From assembly GCA_963698385.1 (NCBI GenBank), contig CAVOQP010000006.1, positions 880,589 to 944,588 of the forward strand: a DNA stretch of 64,000 nucleotides, read 5' to 3'. The notes beneath the pieces are model-generated. The model did not search any database and had not been told where the DNA came from. It worked only from the letters and a program-made list of their open reading frames with translations. Made by a program: the position numbers and the translations under genes. Shown piece after piece: positions 19,506 through 28,963 of this stretch. This DNA is from an uncultured Acidimicrobiia bacterium. GTDB taxonomy: Bacteria; Actinomycetota; Acidimicrobiia; Spongiisociales; JAENVV01. Position 1 is the stretch's first letter, and each line of letters starts with the position of its first letter.

Positions 19506-20222
19506 TCACACCGATGCTGCAATCCCTTCTTCGACGCTGAAGCGTCCCTCGAACAGGGCTCGCCCGACCACGACCGCATCGAAACCAACCCGTGCGAGGA
19601 CCCTCAGGTCATTCAGGTCGCCCACCCCTCCCGAGGCGATGATGCGCAAGTCGGGCCACCCCCGCCGGACCGTGTCGAGGAGTTCGAGATCGGGACCATC
19701 CATGGTCCCGTCGCGAGTGATGCCGGTCACGAGGACCCACGGGACACCTTCCGTCGACACCCTGTCGAGCACTTCCTCCAGGGCCGCACCGTCATCCTCC
19801 CAGCCCGACCCCCGGGCCCGACCGTCACGCACGTCGACTGCAGCGACCACCCTTTCACGACCCACCTCGGCGACGATGTCGGCGAGCGATCCGTCATCGA
19901 GCACCGCGGCGGAACCCACCACCACCCGAAGTGCGCCTGCGGACACGGCGTCGGCGGCTGCCTTCGGGGTGCGTACCCCGCCGCCGACCTGGAATGAGAT
20001 GCCCGCCGCCGCCAGCGATCTGCACAACTTGGTCCGTTCGTGGTCGGTGCCATCCCTCGCTGACCCAAGGTCCACCACATGGATGAGGCCCGCCCCCCGA
20101 TCGACGTACGACCGACCCACCATCGTGGGGTCCTCGGCGTACACGGTGACATCTTCGAAACTGCCCCGCATCAGGCGCACAACCCGGCCACCGAGGACAT
20201 CGATCGCGGGAATGAACTGCAC
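19506..20222 (-). CDS. hisA: 1-(5-phosphoribosyl)-5-[(5-phosphoribosylamino)methylideneamino]imidazole-4-carboxamide isomerase (HisA/PriA)
   Basis: MQFIPAIDVLGGRVVRL N-terminus and SGGVGDLNDL C-terminal phosphate-binding motif. Confidence 0.85.
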   Translation of the reverse strand: MQFIPAIDVLGGRVVRLMRGSFEDVTVYAEDPTMVGRSYVDRGAGLIHVVDLGSARDGTDHERTKLCRSLAAAGISFQVGGGVRTPKAAADAVSAGALRVVVGSAAVLDDGSLADIVAEVGRERVVAAVDVRDGRARGSGWEDDGAALEEVLDRVSTEGVPWVLVTGITRDGTMDGPDLELLDTVRRGWPDLRIIASGGVGDLNDLRVLARVGFDAVVVGRALFEGRFSVEEGIAASV

Positions 20223-20302
20223 GTCACTACTTTCGTCTTGTATTAGCCTGCTAACACACTATCGTGTCACGATGCTGATGCTAACCGATCACCGAGACTG
20301 GA

Positions 20303-20608
20303 TTGCCCACCGTGCCCGGACGTGACGACTGGAACAACGCAGAGACCAACGCCCTTGCCGAGGCGTTCCTCTCCCTCGCGACGGCCGAGGAGGTGAAGGC
20401 CTTCCTGCGCGATCTGTGCACCTTCAATGAGATCACCGAGCTCGCCCAACGTTGGCAGATTGCACGCCTTCTTCATGAGGGGCTCTCCTACCGGGAGATC
20501 GCAGGACGCTCGGGAGCTTCCACCGCCACCGTGACTCGGGTGAATCAGTGGTTCCAGCACGGCATGGATGGCTACAAGACAGTGCTCGATCGAACCGGAG
20601 GTTCCTGA
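20303..20608 (+). CDS. YerC/YecD (TrpR-like) family DNA-binding protein
   Basis: FLRDLCTFNEITELAQRWQIARLLHEGLSYREIAGRSGASTATVTRV matches YerC/TrpR-like HTH. Confidence 0.65.
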   Translation: MPTVPGRDDWNNAETNALAEAFLSLATAEEVKAFLRDLCTFNEITELAQRWQIARLLHEGLSYREIAGRSGASTATVTRVNQWFQHGMDGYKTVLDRTGGS

Positions 20609-20609
20609 C

Positions 20610-21473
20610 ATGTCCGCCTCGCCCCTCCGCCTCGCGGTGCCCTCCAAGGGCCGACTCCGGGAAGGCACCCTCACGCTGCTCAAGGACGCCGGCCTCCAGT
20701 TCGAGGCCGCCGAACGGGCCCTTTCGGTCCTGGTTCGCAACGCCGACCTCGAACTGCTCTTCATCCGCACCGACGACATCCCTGAACTCGTCCAGGACGG
20801 AGTGGCCGACGCGGGGATCTGCGGCCAGGACCTGATCGCCGAGTTCGGGGCCGGCGCCACCGAGTTGGCAGCCCTTGGGTACGGACGCTGCCGCCTGATG
20901 GCTGCCGTCCCCAACGCATCCCCCATCCAAACCGTGGGGGAGCTCACCGGCCGCAAAGTCGCGACCGCCCACCGCAACATCACATCCCGCTTCTTCGAGG
21001 GCGAAGGCATCGAAGCCGGAATCATCCCTTTGAAGGGATCGGTGGAGGTCGCTCCCAGGCTCGGAGTGGCCGACGCGATCATCGACCTCGTGTCGAGCGG
21101 ATCGACCCTCAGGGCCAACGGCCTCCGGACCATCGGCACGCTCCTCGACTCGGAGGCTGTCCTCTTCACGTCGCCAGCCGCCCTCGGGGAGAACCGGGCC
21201 GCCTGCCACCAATTGGCCCTCGCGCTCACGGCGGTCGTGAGCGCCCGCCAGAAGCGGTACCTCCTTCTCAATGCCCCGGCAGACGCCGTGGACGCCATCA
21301 CCGAGATCATCCCCGGCCTGGCCAGCCCAACCCTCGTTCCTGAGGCGAGTTCGGACTGGGTGGCAGTCCACTCGGTGGTGGACCGGGACTCGATCTGGGA
21401 TCTCCTCCCCCGCCTGCAGGCCGTCGGCGCCCGGGACATCCTCGTCATGCGCATCGAGCAGATGGTCTCGTGA
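20610..21473 (+). CDS. hisG: ATP phosphoribosyltransferase (long form)
   Basis: LRLAVPSKGRL...DIPELVQDGVADAGICGQD...DLVSSGSTLRANGL motifs. Confidence 0.85.
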   Translation: MSASPLRLAVPSKGRLREGTLTLLKDAGLQFEAAERALSVLVRNADLELLFIRTDDIPELVQDGVADAGICGQDLIAEFGAGATELAALGYGRCRLMAAVPNASPIQTVGELTGRKVATAHRNITSRFFEGEGIEAGIIPLKGSVEVAPRLGVADAIIDLVSSGSTLRANGLRTIGTLLDSEAVLFTSPAALGENRAACHQLALALTAVVSARQKRYLLLNAPADAVDAITEIIPGLASPTLVPEASSDWVAVHSVVDRDSIWDLLPRLQAVGARDILVMRIEQMVS

Positions 21474-21517
21474 GCATGCAGCCGCCAGCCGACCGCCGCT
21501 AGCTCCAGGAAGGAACC

Positions 21518-22864
21518 ATGGGTACACCTCCATCACCCTTGCGACCCATCTTCATTCCGAGGTACGACCTCTCGACGATGACCGCTAGCGACCGCAGCCG
21601 ACTCGTCACCCGCTCCGCCGTGCCCGATCCCCACATTCGGGCGCGGGCCGCCGAGATCTGCGAGGAAATCCGACTCGGTGGCGACCACGCGCTCCGGGAA
21701 GCGTCCGACCGGTTTGGAGGGAGTCGTCCGGGGTCCATCCGGGTCTCGAAGGAGGAGATGCAGACAGCGCTCATGTCGCAGCCTCCTGCCGTCGTGGCCG
21801 CGTTGCGGGCGGCCATCGCCAATGTCGAAAAGGTCCACGCGGCCCAACTTCCGCGTCCGCTCTCTGTCACCACCACGCCGGGAGTGAGGATCGAGCGGCG
21901 CTGGTCACCGCTGCGCCGAGTCGGGGCCTACGTCCCGGGTGGCAAGGCCGCCTATCCATCGACTCTCATCATGACCGTCGTCCCCGCCCGGGTGGCCGGG
22001 GTCGGCGAGATCGCCGTGGCATCCCCCGCGGCCGACGGGAACGTGCAGTCGGTGCTTCTGGCGACCGCGGCCCTCCTGGAGGTCTCGGAGATGTACGTCA
22101 TGGGCGGGGCACAGGCGGTGGCGGCCCTGGCCCACGGGACCGAGACGATCCGGCCCGTGGAGAAGATCGTGGGTCCAGGGAACATGTGGGTCACGGCGGC
22201 CAAGCTCGCCGTGTTCGGGGCCTGCTCGATCGACCTTCCAGCCGGGCCCTCCGAGGTTCTCGTCCTGGCCGACACGACTGCCGACCCGATGCTCGTGGCC
22301 ATCGACATGCTCTGCCAGGCTGAACACGGGCCCGACTCGCCGGCGCTCCTCGTGACCGACGATCCTGATCTCCCGGACAAGGTCGCCATGGCCATCGATG
22401 CACTCCTCCCCACCCTCGACCGGGCCGAGATCCTGACTTCGGCCCTCGAGAAGCACGGTGCCCTGGTGACCACCACCTCCTTGGCCGAGTCCATCGAGTT
22501 CGCCAATGCCTTCGGGCCGGAGCACATCTCCGTCAACACCGCCGACTCGTCCGCGGTGGCCGATCAACTCACCGCAGTGGGGTCGGTCTATGTCGGCGAG
22601 TGGGCGCCCGAGTCCGCCGGGGACTACGCCACCGGGGCCAACCACGTACTCCCAACCGGGGGCCTGGCCCAGGCGGAGGGTCCGCTCTCGGTGGAGGACT
22701 TCGGGTCGTGGCGTCAGGTCCAGTTCATCGACCGGGCCGGCCTTGCAGCCCTGGCTCCGATCATCACGACCCTCGCCACGGCCGAAGGGCTGACGGCCCA
22801 CGGCCTCGCCGCGTCGATGAGACTGTCCACGAACGAAGAACGAGGAACGAGGAACGAAGCATGA
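21518..22864 (+). CDS. hisD: histidinol dehydrogenase
   Basis: CQAEHGPDS, GPEHISV, NHVLPTGG motifs; aggaagga RBS before ATG; C-terminus encoded by GAACGAR heptamer repeat. Confidence 0.85.
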   Translation: MGTPPSPLRPIFIPRYDLSTMTASDRSRLVTRSAVPDPHIRARAAEICEEIRLGGDHALREASDRFGGSRPGSIRVSKEEMQTALMSQPPAVVAALRAAIANVEKVHAAQLPRPLSVTTTPGVRIERRWSPLRRVGAYVPGGKAAYPSTLIMTVVPARVAGVGEIAVASPAADGNVQSVLLATAALLEVSEMYVMGGAQAVAALAHGTETIRPVEKIVGPGNMWVTAAKLAVFGACSIDLPAGPSEVLVLADTTADPMLVAIDMLCQAEHGPDSPALLVTDDPDLPDKVAMAIDALLPTLDRAEILTSALEKHGALVTTTSLAESIEFANAFGPEHISVNTADSSAVADQLTAVGSVYVGEWAPESAGDYATGANHVLPTGGLAQAEGPLSVEDFGSWRQVQFIDRAGLAALAPIITTLATAEGLTAHGLAASMRLSTNEERGTRNEA

Positions 22865-23448
22865 GACGACTCGCCACGGTCACCCGCACCACCAAGGAGA
22901 CCGCCATCACCGTGACCGTCGATCTCGACGGCTCCGGAAAGGCGTCGGTCACCACCGGGGTGCCCGCCTACGACCACCTCCTCGAGTCCCTGTCCAAGCA
23001 CAGCCTCATCGATCTCTCGGTCTCCGCCGAGGGTGACCTCCACATCGACGATCACCACACCGTGGAGGATGTGGCCCTGGCGATCGGCAAGGCGCTCGCC
23101 GACGCGATCGGTGACGGGGCCGGCATCACGCGGTTTGGCGACGCCCGGGTTCCCATGGACGAGGCGATCGCATCCTGTGCGCTCGACTTCTCCGGGCGTC
23201 CCTACGCGGTCCTCGACCTCTCATTCCGAAGCGAACGAATAGGGACCCTGACCACCCAGAACATCCCTCACGCCCTCGAGTCACTCGCCCGTACAGCCGG
23301 CCTCACCCTCCACCTCACAGCCTCGGGCCGCAACGACCACCACGTTGCGGAGGCTGCGTTCAAGGCGCTGGCCCGTTCGCTCCGGCAGGCCGTCGAGCTC
23401 GACCCGCGGCGCGGGGGCGACATCCCCTCGACCAAGGGGAGTCTGTGA
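22861..23448 (+). CDS. hisB: imidazoleglycerol-phosphate dehydratase
   Basis: TKETAITVTVDLDG, IDDHHTVEDVALA, HHVAEAAFKALARS motifs; ATGA overlap with hisD. Confidence 0.9.
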   Translation: MRRLATVTRTTKETAITVTVDLDGSGKASVTTGVPAYDHLLESLSKHSLIDLSVSAEGDLHIDDHHTVEDVALAIGKALADAIGDGAGITRFGDARVPMDEAIASCALDFSGRPYAVLDLSFRSERIGTLTTQNIPHALESLARTAGLTLHLTASGRNDHHVAEAAFKALARSLRQAVELDPRRGGDIPSTKGSL

Positions 23449-24122
23449 GTGGCGCCCGCCCGGCCTCGATCGCCGTCATAGACCACGGCGCCGGCAACCT
23501 CGTGTCGGTAGCCAACGCGCTGCTCGCCGTCGGTGCCGAGGTGGTGGTCGCGACCAAGGCCCACGAGCTGGAAGCCGCTGATGGCATCGTGCTCCCGGGA
23601 GTAGGCCACACCGGCGCAGCCATGCGCAACCTCCGGGCCGAGGGCCTCGTCGAGCCGATTCGTGAGCTGACCAAGCCCCTCCTGGGGATCTGTGTGGGTC
23701 TCCAACTCCTCTTCGAGGGTTCCGACGAGGACGATGAACCGTGCCTTGGGATCCTCCCCGGACGGGTCGAGCGCATTCCTGACGCCCCGACCCTGCCCCA
23801 CATGGGCTGGAACCCGGTGACCGTGACCCGCCCCGACCCGGTGTTCGAAGGCCTCCCCGAAGGTTCGCCCTTCTACTTCGTCCACTCGTTCGTGCCCGTA
23901 CCGGCCGACGACAACGACACCCTCGCCACGGCCGAGCACGGCTCCCGGTTCTGCGCGGCCGCCCGTCGTGGCAGCATCGTCGGGACCCAGTTCCACCCGG
24001 AACGGTCAGGGCGCGCCGGCCTCACCCTCCTCCGCAACTGGGTCCAATCCGTCTTGGGGTCGATCGATGGGGACAGGGCGACCCACGTGACCCCACGACG
24101 AGAGGCGGTGGGCGGATGCTGA
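23445..24122 (+). CDS. hisH: imidazole glycerol phosphate synthase, glutamine amidotransferase subunit
   Basis: [20 protein letters not shown] (catalytic Cys), FHPE motifs; GTGA overlap with hisB. Confidence 0.85.
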   Translation: MSGARPASIAVIDHGAGNLVSVANALLAVGAEVVVATKAHELEAADGIVLPGVGHTGAAMRNLRAEGLVEPIRELTKPLLGICVGLQLLFEGSDEDDEPCLGILPGRVERIPDAPTLPHMGWNPVTVTRPDPVFEGLPEGSPFYFVHSFVPVPADDNDTLATAEHGSRFCAAARRGSIVGTQFHPERSGRAGLTLLRNWVQSVLGSIDGDRATHVTPRREAVGGC

Positions 24123-24880
24123 TGAAGCGGGTGATCCCCTGCCTGGACGTCAGGGACGGGCGAGTGGTCAAGGGCGTCAACTTCGTCAACCTCACCGACG
24201 AGGGCGACCCGGTCGAGCTCGCCGCCCGGTACGCGTCCGAAGGTGCCGACGAGGTGGTCTTCCTCGATATCGGGGCCTCCCCCGAAGGACGGGGAATCAC
24301 CCTTGAGACCGTCCGCCGGACCGCTTCCGAGGTATTCATTCCGCTCGCGGTTGCCGGCGGGGTCCGGACACCCGACGACATGCAGGCCGTGCTCCGGGCC
24401 GGGGCCGACAAGGTCGGGATGAACACTGCCGCAGTCCGAGCACCCGAAGTCCTGACCGAGTGCGCCCGCCGGTTCGGGGCACAGTGCGTCGTCCTCTCCA
24501 TCGATGCCCTCGAGCGATCCCCCGACGAGTTCGAGGTGTACGTGAATGGGGGCCGCACCCCGACAGGCCTCGATGCCATCGAGTGGGCTCGCACCGGGGC
24601 AGCCCTGGGAGCCGGGGAGATCCTCCTCACATCGATCGACCGCGACGGGACGAAGTCCGGGTTCCATCTCCCGTTGCTGCGCGGGGTGAAGCAGGTTGTG
24701 GACGTCCCCGTCATCGCCTCCGGAGGAGCCGGATCTGTCAAGCACTTCGTCGAGGCGGTCGTGGAAGGACAGGCGGATGCGGTCCTGGCTGCGTCCATCT
24801 TCCATCGCAAAGAGATCGAGATCGCCGCGGTCAAGGCAGGAATGGCTGCCGCCGGAATCCCAGTCAGGAGAACCGAATGA
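24116..24880 (+). CDS. hisF: imidazole glycerol phosphate synthase, cyclase subunit
   Basis: [39 protein letters not shown] motifs. Confidence 0.9.
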   Translation: MLMKRVIPCLDVRDGRVVKGVNFVNLTDEGDPVELAARYASEGADEVVFLDIGASPEGRGITLETVRRTASEVFIPLAVAGGVRTPDDMQAVLRAGADKVGMNTAAVRAPEVLTECARRFGAQCVVLSIDALERSPDEFEVYVNGGRTPTGLDAIEWARTGAALGAGEILLTSIDRDGTKSGFHLPLLRGVKQVVDVPVIASGGAGSVKHFVEAVVEGQADAVLAASIFHRKEIEIAAVKAGMAAAGIPVRRTE

Positions 24881-25031
24881 GACCATCCTCTGTCCCCTCG
24901 ACCGAACGGAGTGGGGAAGATCCCGCCGCCGAAGGTAGAGGGGCTCTCCACAGGCGGTGGGGCTCGTGTCTGTGCCTGCAACGAAGTCGGGGGGAAGGTA
25001 CCGCCGCCCGCAGGGCGGGGGTAGCGGGGCA

Positions 25032-25739
25032 ATGCCCTCAGAGCGCCCAAGCGAGGACGGCATGAACTGGTCAGGCCTCTCCCCCGATGCACAGGGCCTC
25101 GTACCGGCCATCGTGCAGGATGGCGAGGGCCTGGTGCGGATGCTCGGCTACATGAACGACGCCGCCTTCAGCGCGACGCTCGAGACGGGACTCGTCACCT
25201 TCTGGAGCCGTTCGCGGCGCGAGCTGTGGACGAAGGGGGCAACCAGCGGGAACACGCTGCACGTGGTCTCGATGCAAGCCGACTGCGACAACGATGCCCT
25301 GCTCGTCACGGCCAGGCCCGCCGGTCCCACCTGTCACACCGGGAGCGAGAGTTGTTTCGGAGCCGTGTCCGTCCCCCCGACATCGTCGAAGGAAGGGTCC
25401 CATCCCCGAATCGAAGCGGCAGTGGAGGAGGGGGAGCCCCAATTCGGATTCCTTGAGACGCTGTGGGATGTCATCGCCTCCCGGGCGAAAGAGCGACCCG
25501 AAGGGTCCTACACCACCACACTGCTCGAGTCAGGCCCGGACTTGCCGGCTCGCAAGCTGGTGGAGGAGGCGACCGAGGTCCTCATCGCGGCCAAGAACCA
25601 CGCCGCCGGCATCGACGACGACCAGCGCCTCGCCGAGGAGGCGGCCGACGTCGTGTACCACCTGTTGGTCACCCTGGCCGAGCGCGGCATCGACCCGTCG
25701 CTCGTCACCGGCGAACTCCGGCGTCGGCACGCCACCTGA
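25032..25739 (+). CDS. hisI: bifunctional phosphoribosyl-AMP cyclohydrolase / phosphoribosyl-ATP pyrophosphatase (HisIE)
   Basis: GLVPAIVQD, WTKGATSGN...CDNDALL (HisI) then EEATEVLIAAKN...EEAADVVYHLLV (HisE); alternative start at 25062. Confidence 0.8.
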   Translation: MPSERPSEDGMNWSGLSPDAQGLVPAIVQDGEGLVRMLGYMNDAAFSATLETGLVTFWSRSRRELWTKGATSGNTLHVVSMQADCDNDALLVTARPAGPTCHTGSESCFGAVSVPPTSSKEGSHPRIEAAVEEGEPQFGFLETLWDVIASRAKERPEGSYTTTLLESGPDLPARKLVEEATEVLIAAKNHAAGIDDDQRLAEEAADVVYHLLVTLAERGIDPSLVTGELRRRHAT

Positions 25740-25758
25740 CCAACGTTCGACGCGGACC

Positions 25759-26379
25759 TCACCAGCCGCGGGCGATCCACTCGTCGAGCGAAGGGCGTTC
25801 AGCACCGACCGTGGTCATCCCGTCCCCATGGCCCGGGTACACGCCGACCTCGTCATCGAGGACGAAGAGCCGATCGCGGATGGACGCGATCGCCGTTTCA
25901 AAGCTGCTGTAGTCCCACCGGGTGGCTCCTGGCCCACCCGGGAACAGCGCGTCACCCGTGATGAGGTGCGAGCCGACCCGGAAGGTGACGGACCCCGGCG
26001 TGTGGCCTGGGGTGTGGACGACCAACACCTCGACGTCACCCAGCATGATGCACTCCCCGTCGGAGAGGAACCCGTCGACCGGCAGGTCGCAGATGTCCTC
26101 CCGAAGGTCAAGTTGGTGAAGCCGGAACGGGATGTCCAAGGCGGCCTTGACGTCCATCGCGGCCGTCACATGGTCATAGTGGCCATGGGTGGAGAGGATG
26201 GATGTCACGTCGACGTCGGCGCACTCAGCGAGGATCACCTCCGGTTCGAACGACGCATCGATGAGCACGGCGGCACCGGTGGCCTTGGAAGCCACCACAT
26301 ACGAGTTGTTCTCGAACTCGCCGGTCCGGAAGCGTCGAATGAGTACGCCTTCGGTGTCAATGAACCAAGGAGTGGGCAT
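25759..26379 (-). CDS. MBL-fold metallo-hydrolase (glyoxalase II-like)
   Basis: THGHYDH metal-binding motif, HTPGHTPGS. Confidence 0.75.
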   Translation of the reverse strand: MPTPWFIDTEGVLIRRFRTGEFENNSYVVASKATGAAVLIDASFEPEVILAECADVDVTSILSTHGHYDHVTAAMDVKAALDIPFRLHQLDLREDICDLPVDGFLSDGECIMLGDVEVLVVHTPGHTPGSVTFRVGSHLITGDALFPGGPGATRWDYSSFETAIASIRDRLFVLDDEVGVYPGHGDGMTTVGAERPSLDEWIARGW

Positions 26380-26382
26380 GCC

Positions 26383-26497
26383 CCGAGCCTAGGGAGTGCC
26401 GAGTCCCGAGTCCCAAGTCCCCTCCTTGCTCCTCGTCCCTCGCTCCCTGCTCCTCGCTCCTCTCCTCGTACTTCGTACTCCCGAGCGATAGGCTCGG
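26383..26497. repeat. 9-bp inverted repeat (ccgagccta / taggctcgg) enclosing GAGTCCC heptamer repeats and an approximately 70-nt CT-only tract with CGCTCCT-like repeats; divergent promoter region
   Basis: read directly from sequence. Confidence 0.5.
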
Positions 26498-26500
26498 TGC

Positions 26501-26719
26501 ATGAGCATCACCAAGACCATTCGACTGTCCGGTACCTCCGACCGCAGCATCGAGGCAGCCATCAAGACCGTCCTCGCCCGAGCGGCGGAGACCATCGCAG
26601 AGATCACCCGGTTCGATGTCGTCAATGTCTCAGGGGAGGTTGACTCCTCCGGGGCCCCGACCGGCTACCACGTCGAACTCGACATCACGTTCGTGGTGCG
26701 GGAGACGACCCACAATTGA
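26501..26719 (+). CDS. dodecin family flavin-binding protein
   Basis: 72 aa; pattern IRLSGTS...EAAIKTVLARAAETI...VELDITF typical of dodecin. Confidence 0.7.
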   Translation: MSITKTIRLSGTSDRSIEAAIKTVLARAAETIAEITRFDVVNVSGEVDSSGAPTGYHVELDITFVVRETTHN

Positions 26720-27702
26720 GCCAGACCACCGCCCGCGACCTGGGAGACGGGATCGGACAGATCCCGATCCCAATTCCTTTTCGCGGCCTCGATTGGGTCA
26801 ATGCCTATGCGATCGCCGACGACGACGGCCTGACCCTCATCGACTGCGGCGTGTGGTCTGATGACGGCTACGAAGCGCTGGTGAGCGGACTGCGCGACCT
26901 CGGCCACGACCTCTCGGCCCTGCACACGCTCGTCGTGAGCCATCTCCATCCCGACCATGTCGGGCTCGCTCCCCGGCTCATCGAGGAGACGAACTGCCGG
27001 TTCATCATGCACGAACGGGTCGACGTCGGGCTGCGGATCCTCAACCACCCCGAGCAGTGGGGCCCGGCGTTCGCGCAGTTGGCGATGGAGCATGGAGCGC
27101 CCCACGACCTGGTGTCGATCTTCGAGCGAGCCCAGCCCACGCCAGACTGGTGGCACCTGATCGAACCGCCACATGAGACCGTCACCGACGGCGACCGGAT
27201 CGGCATCGGCGGCGACCGGACCCTCGAAGTCCTCTACACCCCCGGGCACGAGATCGCCCACATCTGCCTCACGGACTCGCTCTCCGGGGCCCTGTTCTCG
27301 GGCGACCACGTCCTTCCGCGGATCACCCCGTACATCGGGTACGAGGGGCTCGAGCGGGACCCCAATCCGCTTGGCCACTTCATGACGTCCCTCCAGCGGA
27401 TCGTCGACGGGCGCCACGGCGTGACCTACCCAGCCCACGGCGACATCGTCGAACGAGGGTGGGCCAGGGCCGAGCAGATCCTGCTCCACCACGAGCGGCG
27501 CCTCGCGGACACGCTCGACGAGATCATCACCCCAGCCACCGCCTGGCAGGTTATGGAGGGTATCTTCCGTCCCAATCTCGACTTGTTCCACAAGCGCCTC
27601 GCCCTCCGCGAGACCCTCTCCCACCTCGAGTATCTCCGGTTCGAGGAGCAGGCCAGGCGGGACCTCAAGAACCAGCACTGGTTCTACCGCAAACACCACT
27701 GA
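26716..27702 (+). CDS. MBL-fold metallo-hydrolase
   Basis: HLHPDHVG motif, YTPGHEIAH; TTG start overlapping dodecin stop. Confidence 0.7.
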   Translation: MSQTTARDLGDGIGQIPIPIPFRGLDWVNAYAIADDDGLTLIDCGVWSDDGYEALVSGLRDLGHDLSALHTLVVSHLHPDHVGLAPRLIEETNCRFIMHERVDVGLRILNHPEQWGPAFAQLAMEHGAPHDLVSIFERAQPTPDWWHLIEPPHETVTDGDRIGIGGDRTLEVLYTPGHEIAHICLTDSLSGALFSGDHVLPRITPYIGYEGLERDPNPLGHFMTSLQRIVDGRHGVTYPAHGDIVERGWARAEQILLHHERRLADTLDEIITPATAWQVMEGIFRPNLDLFHKRLALRETLSHLEYLRFEEQARRDLKNQHWFYRKHH

Positions 27703-28490
27703 TGGACGGGCAGCCCGAGCACGTCGCCGAGAACCGGCGCTACTGGAACGACATGGCCCACGAGTGGGTGCCCGCAGGAGAACGGGCGTGGGCCGGCAAG
27801 CCCTCTTGGGGGATGTGGGGGATCCCGGAAAGCAACCTGCACCTCCTTCCGACTGACATGGCGGGGATGCAGGCCATCGACCTCGGATGCGGGACCGGGT
27901 ACGTCTCGGCGTGGATGACACGACTGGGAGCGACGGTCACCGCGATCGACATCTCCGAGCAGCAGCTCGCCACGGCGAAACGCCTGGCCGTCGAGCACGG
28001 TGCGGAGATCGACTTCATCCACGGCTCGGCCGAAGCCGTGCCCCGATCCGACGCCTCGTTCGACTTCGCCATCAGCGAGTACGGCGCCGCCATCTGGTGT
28101 GACCCCGCGGTGTGGATACCCGAGGCGGTCCGCCTCCTGAGACCGGGCGGGACGCTGGTGTTCCTCGGCAACCACCCGCTCACCCTCATCACGACCCCCC
28201 TCGACGGGTCGAATGTCGGCCGTGAGTTGACGAGGCCCTACTTCGGGATGCACCTTGCCGATTGGCGGAGTGTCGAGCACGACCCCGGTGGGATGGAGTT
28301 CAACCTGACGATCTCGGACTGGATCGCCCTCTTCTCGGCCCACGGACTCACGATCGAGCGGTACCTGGAACTGCAGGCTCCCCTGGGGAGTGGAGCCGGC
28401 GACGCCGACGAGGTCTTGTTCACTGCTTCGCGTGGCTGGGCACACGAGTTTCCAAGCGAGCAGGTGTGGGTCCTCCGCACGGAGGGATGA
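27702..28490 (+). CDS. class I SAM-dependent methyltransferase
   Basis: motif I IDLGCGTGY; acidic motif-II-like segment VTAIDISEQQL. Confidence 0.75.
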   Translation: MDGQPEHVAENRRYWNDMAHEWVPAGERAWAGKPSWGMWGIPESNLHLLPTDMAGMQAIDLGCGTGYVSAWMTRLGATVTAIDISEQQLATAKRLAVEHGAEIDFIHGSAEAVPRSDASFDFAISEYGAAIWCDPAVWIPEAVRLLRPGGTLVFLGNHPLTLITTPLDGSNVGRELTRPYFGMHLADWRSVEHDPGGMEFNLTISDWIALFSAHGLTIERYLELQAPLGSGAGDADEVLFTASRGWAHEFPSEQVWVLRTEG

Positions 28491-28502
28491 CACGCCGGGA
28501 GG

Positions 28503-28859
28503 TCAACCGGCGAGTTGGCCGAGCACCGTCATGGCGGTATCAGAGGTCGCGAAGTTGGACCACAGGCGGCCGACGGCCCGAGACGATTCGTGGCTCGGCC
28601 CTGAGCTCGACCGCGTCCTCACGGGCTCGACAGCGTTCACAGTGAGGGCCACCGGTTCGGGGTAGTCCCACACGAGGTCGAATCCCCCCTCGTTGCCGGG
28701 GGCGAACGGGTCGGCATAGTCCAGGTCGACCTTGATCTGCACCTCGTCCATGGGAGGAAGCGCGGGGGGAGCGCCGGACGCGTTGAGTACATCGATCTCA
28801 CCAGATCGATCCGCATACCCGAGCAAGCGTGCCCGGGCTTCGCCGATCAGCGTTGACAT
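28503..28859 (-). CDS. hypothetical protein (weak)
   Basis: ORF downstream of icmF on same strand; acidic N-terminal half looks protein-like, C-terminal part low complexity. Confidence 0.2.
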   Translation of the reverse strand: MSTLIGEARARLLGYADRSGEIDVLNASGAPPALPPMDEVQIKVDLDYADPFAPGNEGGFDLVWDYPEPVALTVNAVEPVRTRSSSGPSHESSRAVGRLWSNFATSDTAMTVLGQLAG

Positions 28860-28963
28860 AGAAGAATGGTCGACAAACTACGGCTACCTCTTGAGTGTTT
28901 CTGCACAGGAATCGGATCTCCGGCTCAGCTTGAGGTCCGGTGTCCTGCACCCGGGATCGCCGG

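Noticed and set aside
24881-25031. Missing gene between hisF and hisIE
   Set aside because: No ORF with coding character in the 150-nt gap; only a GC hairpin.
26665-27921. 418-aa ORF antisense to dodecin and MBL genes
   Set aside because: No domain signatures; sense-strand genes are well supported.
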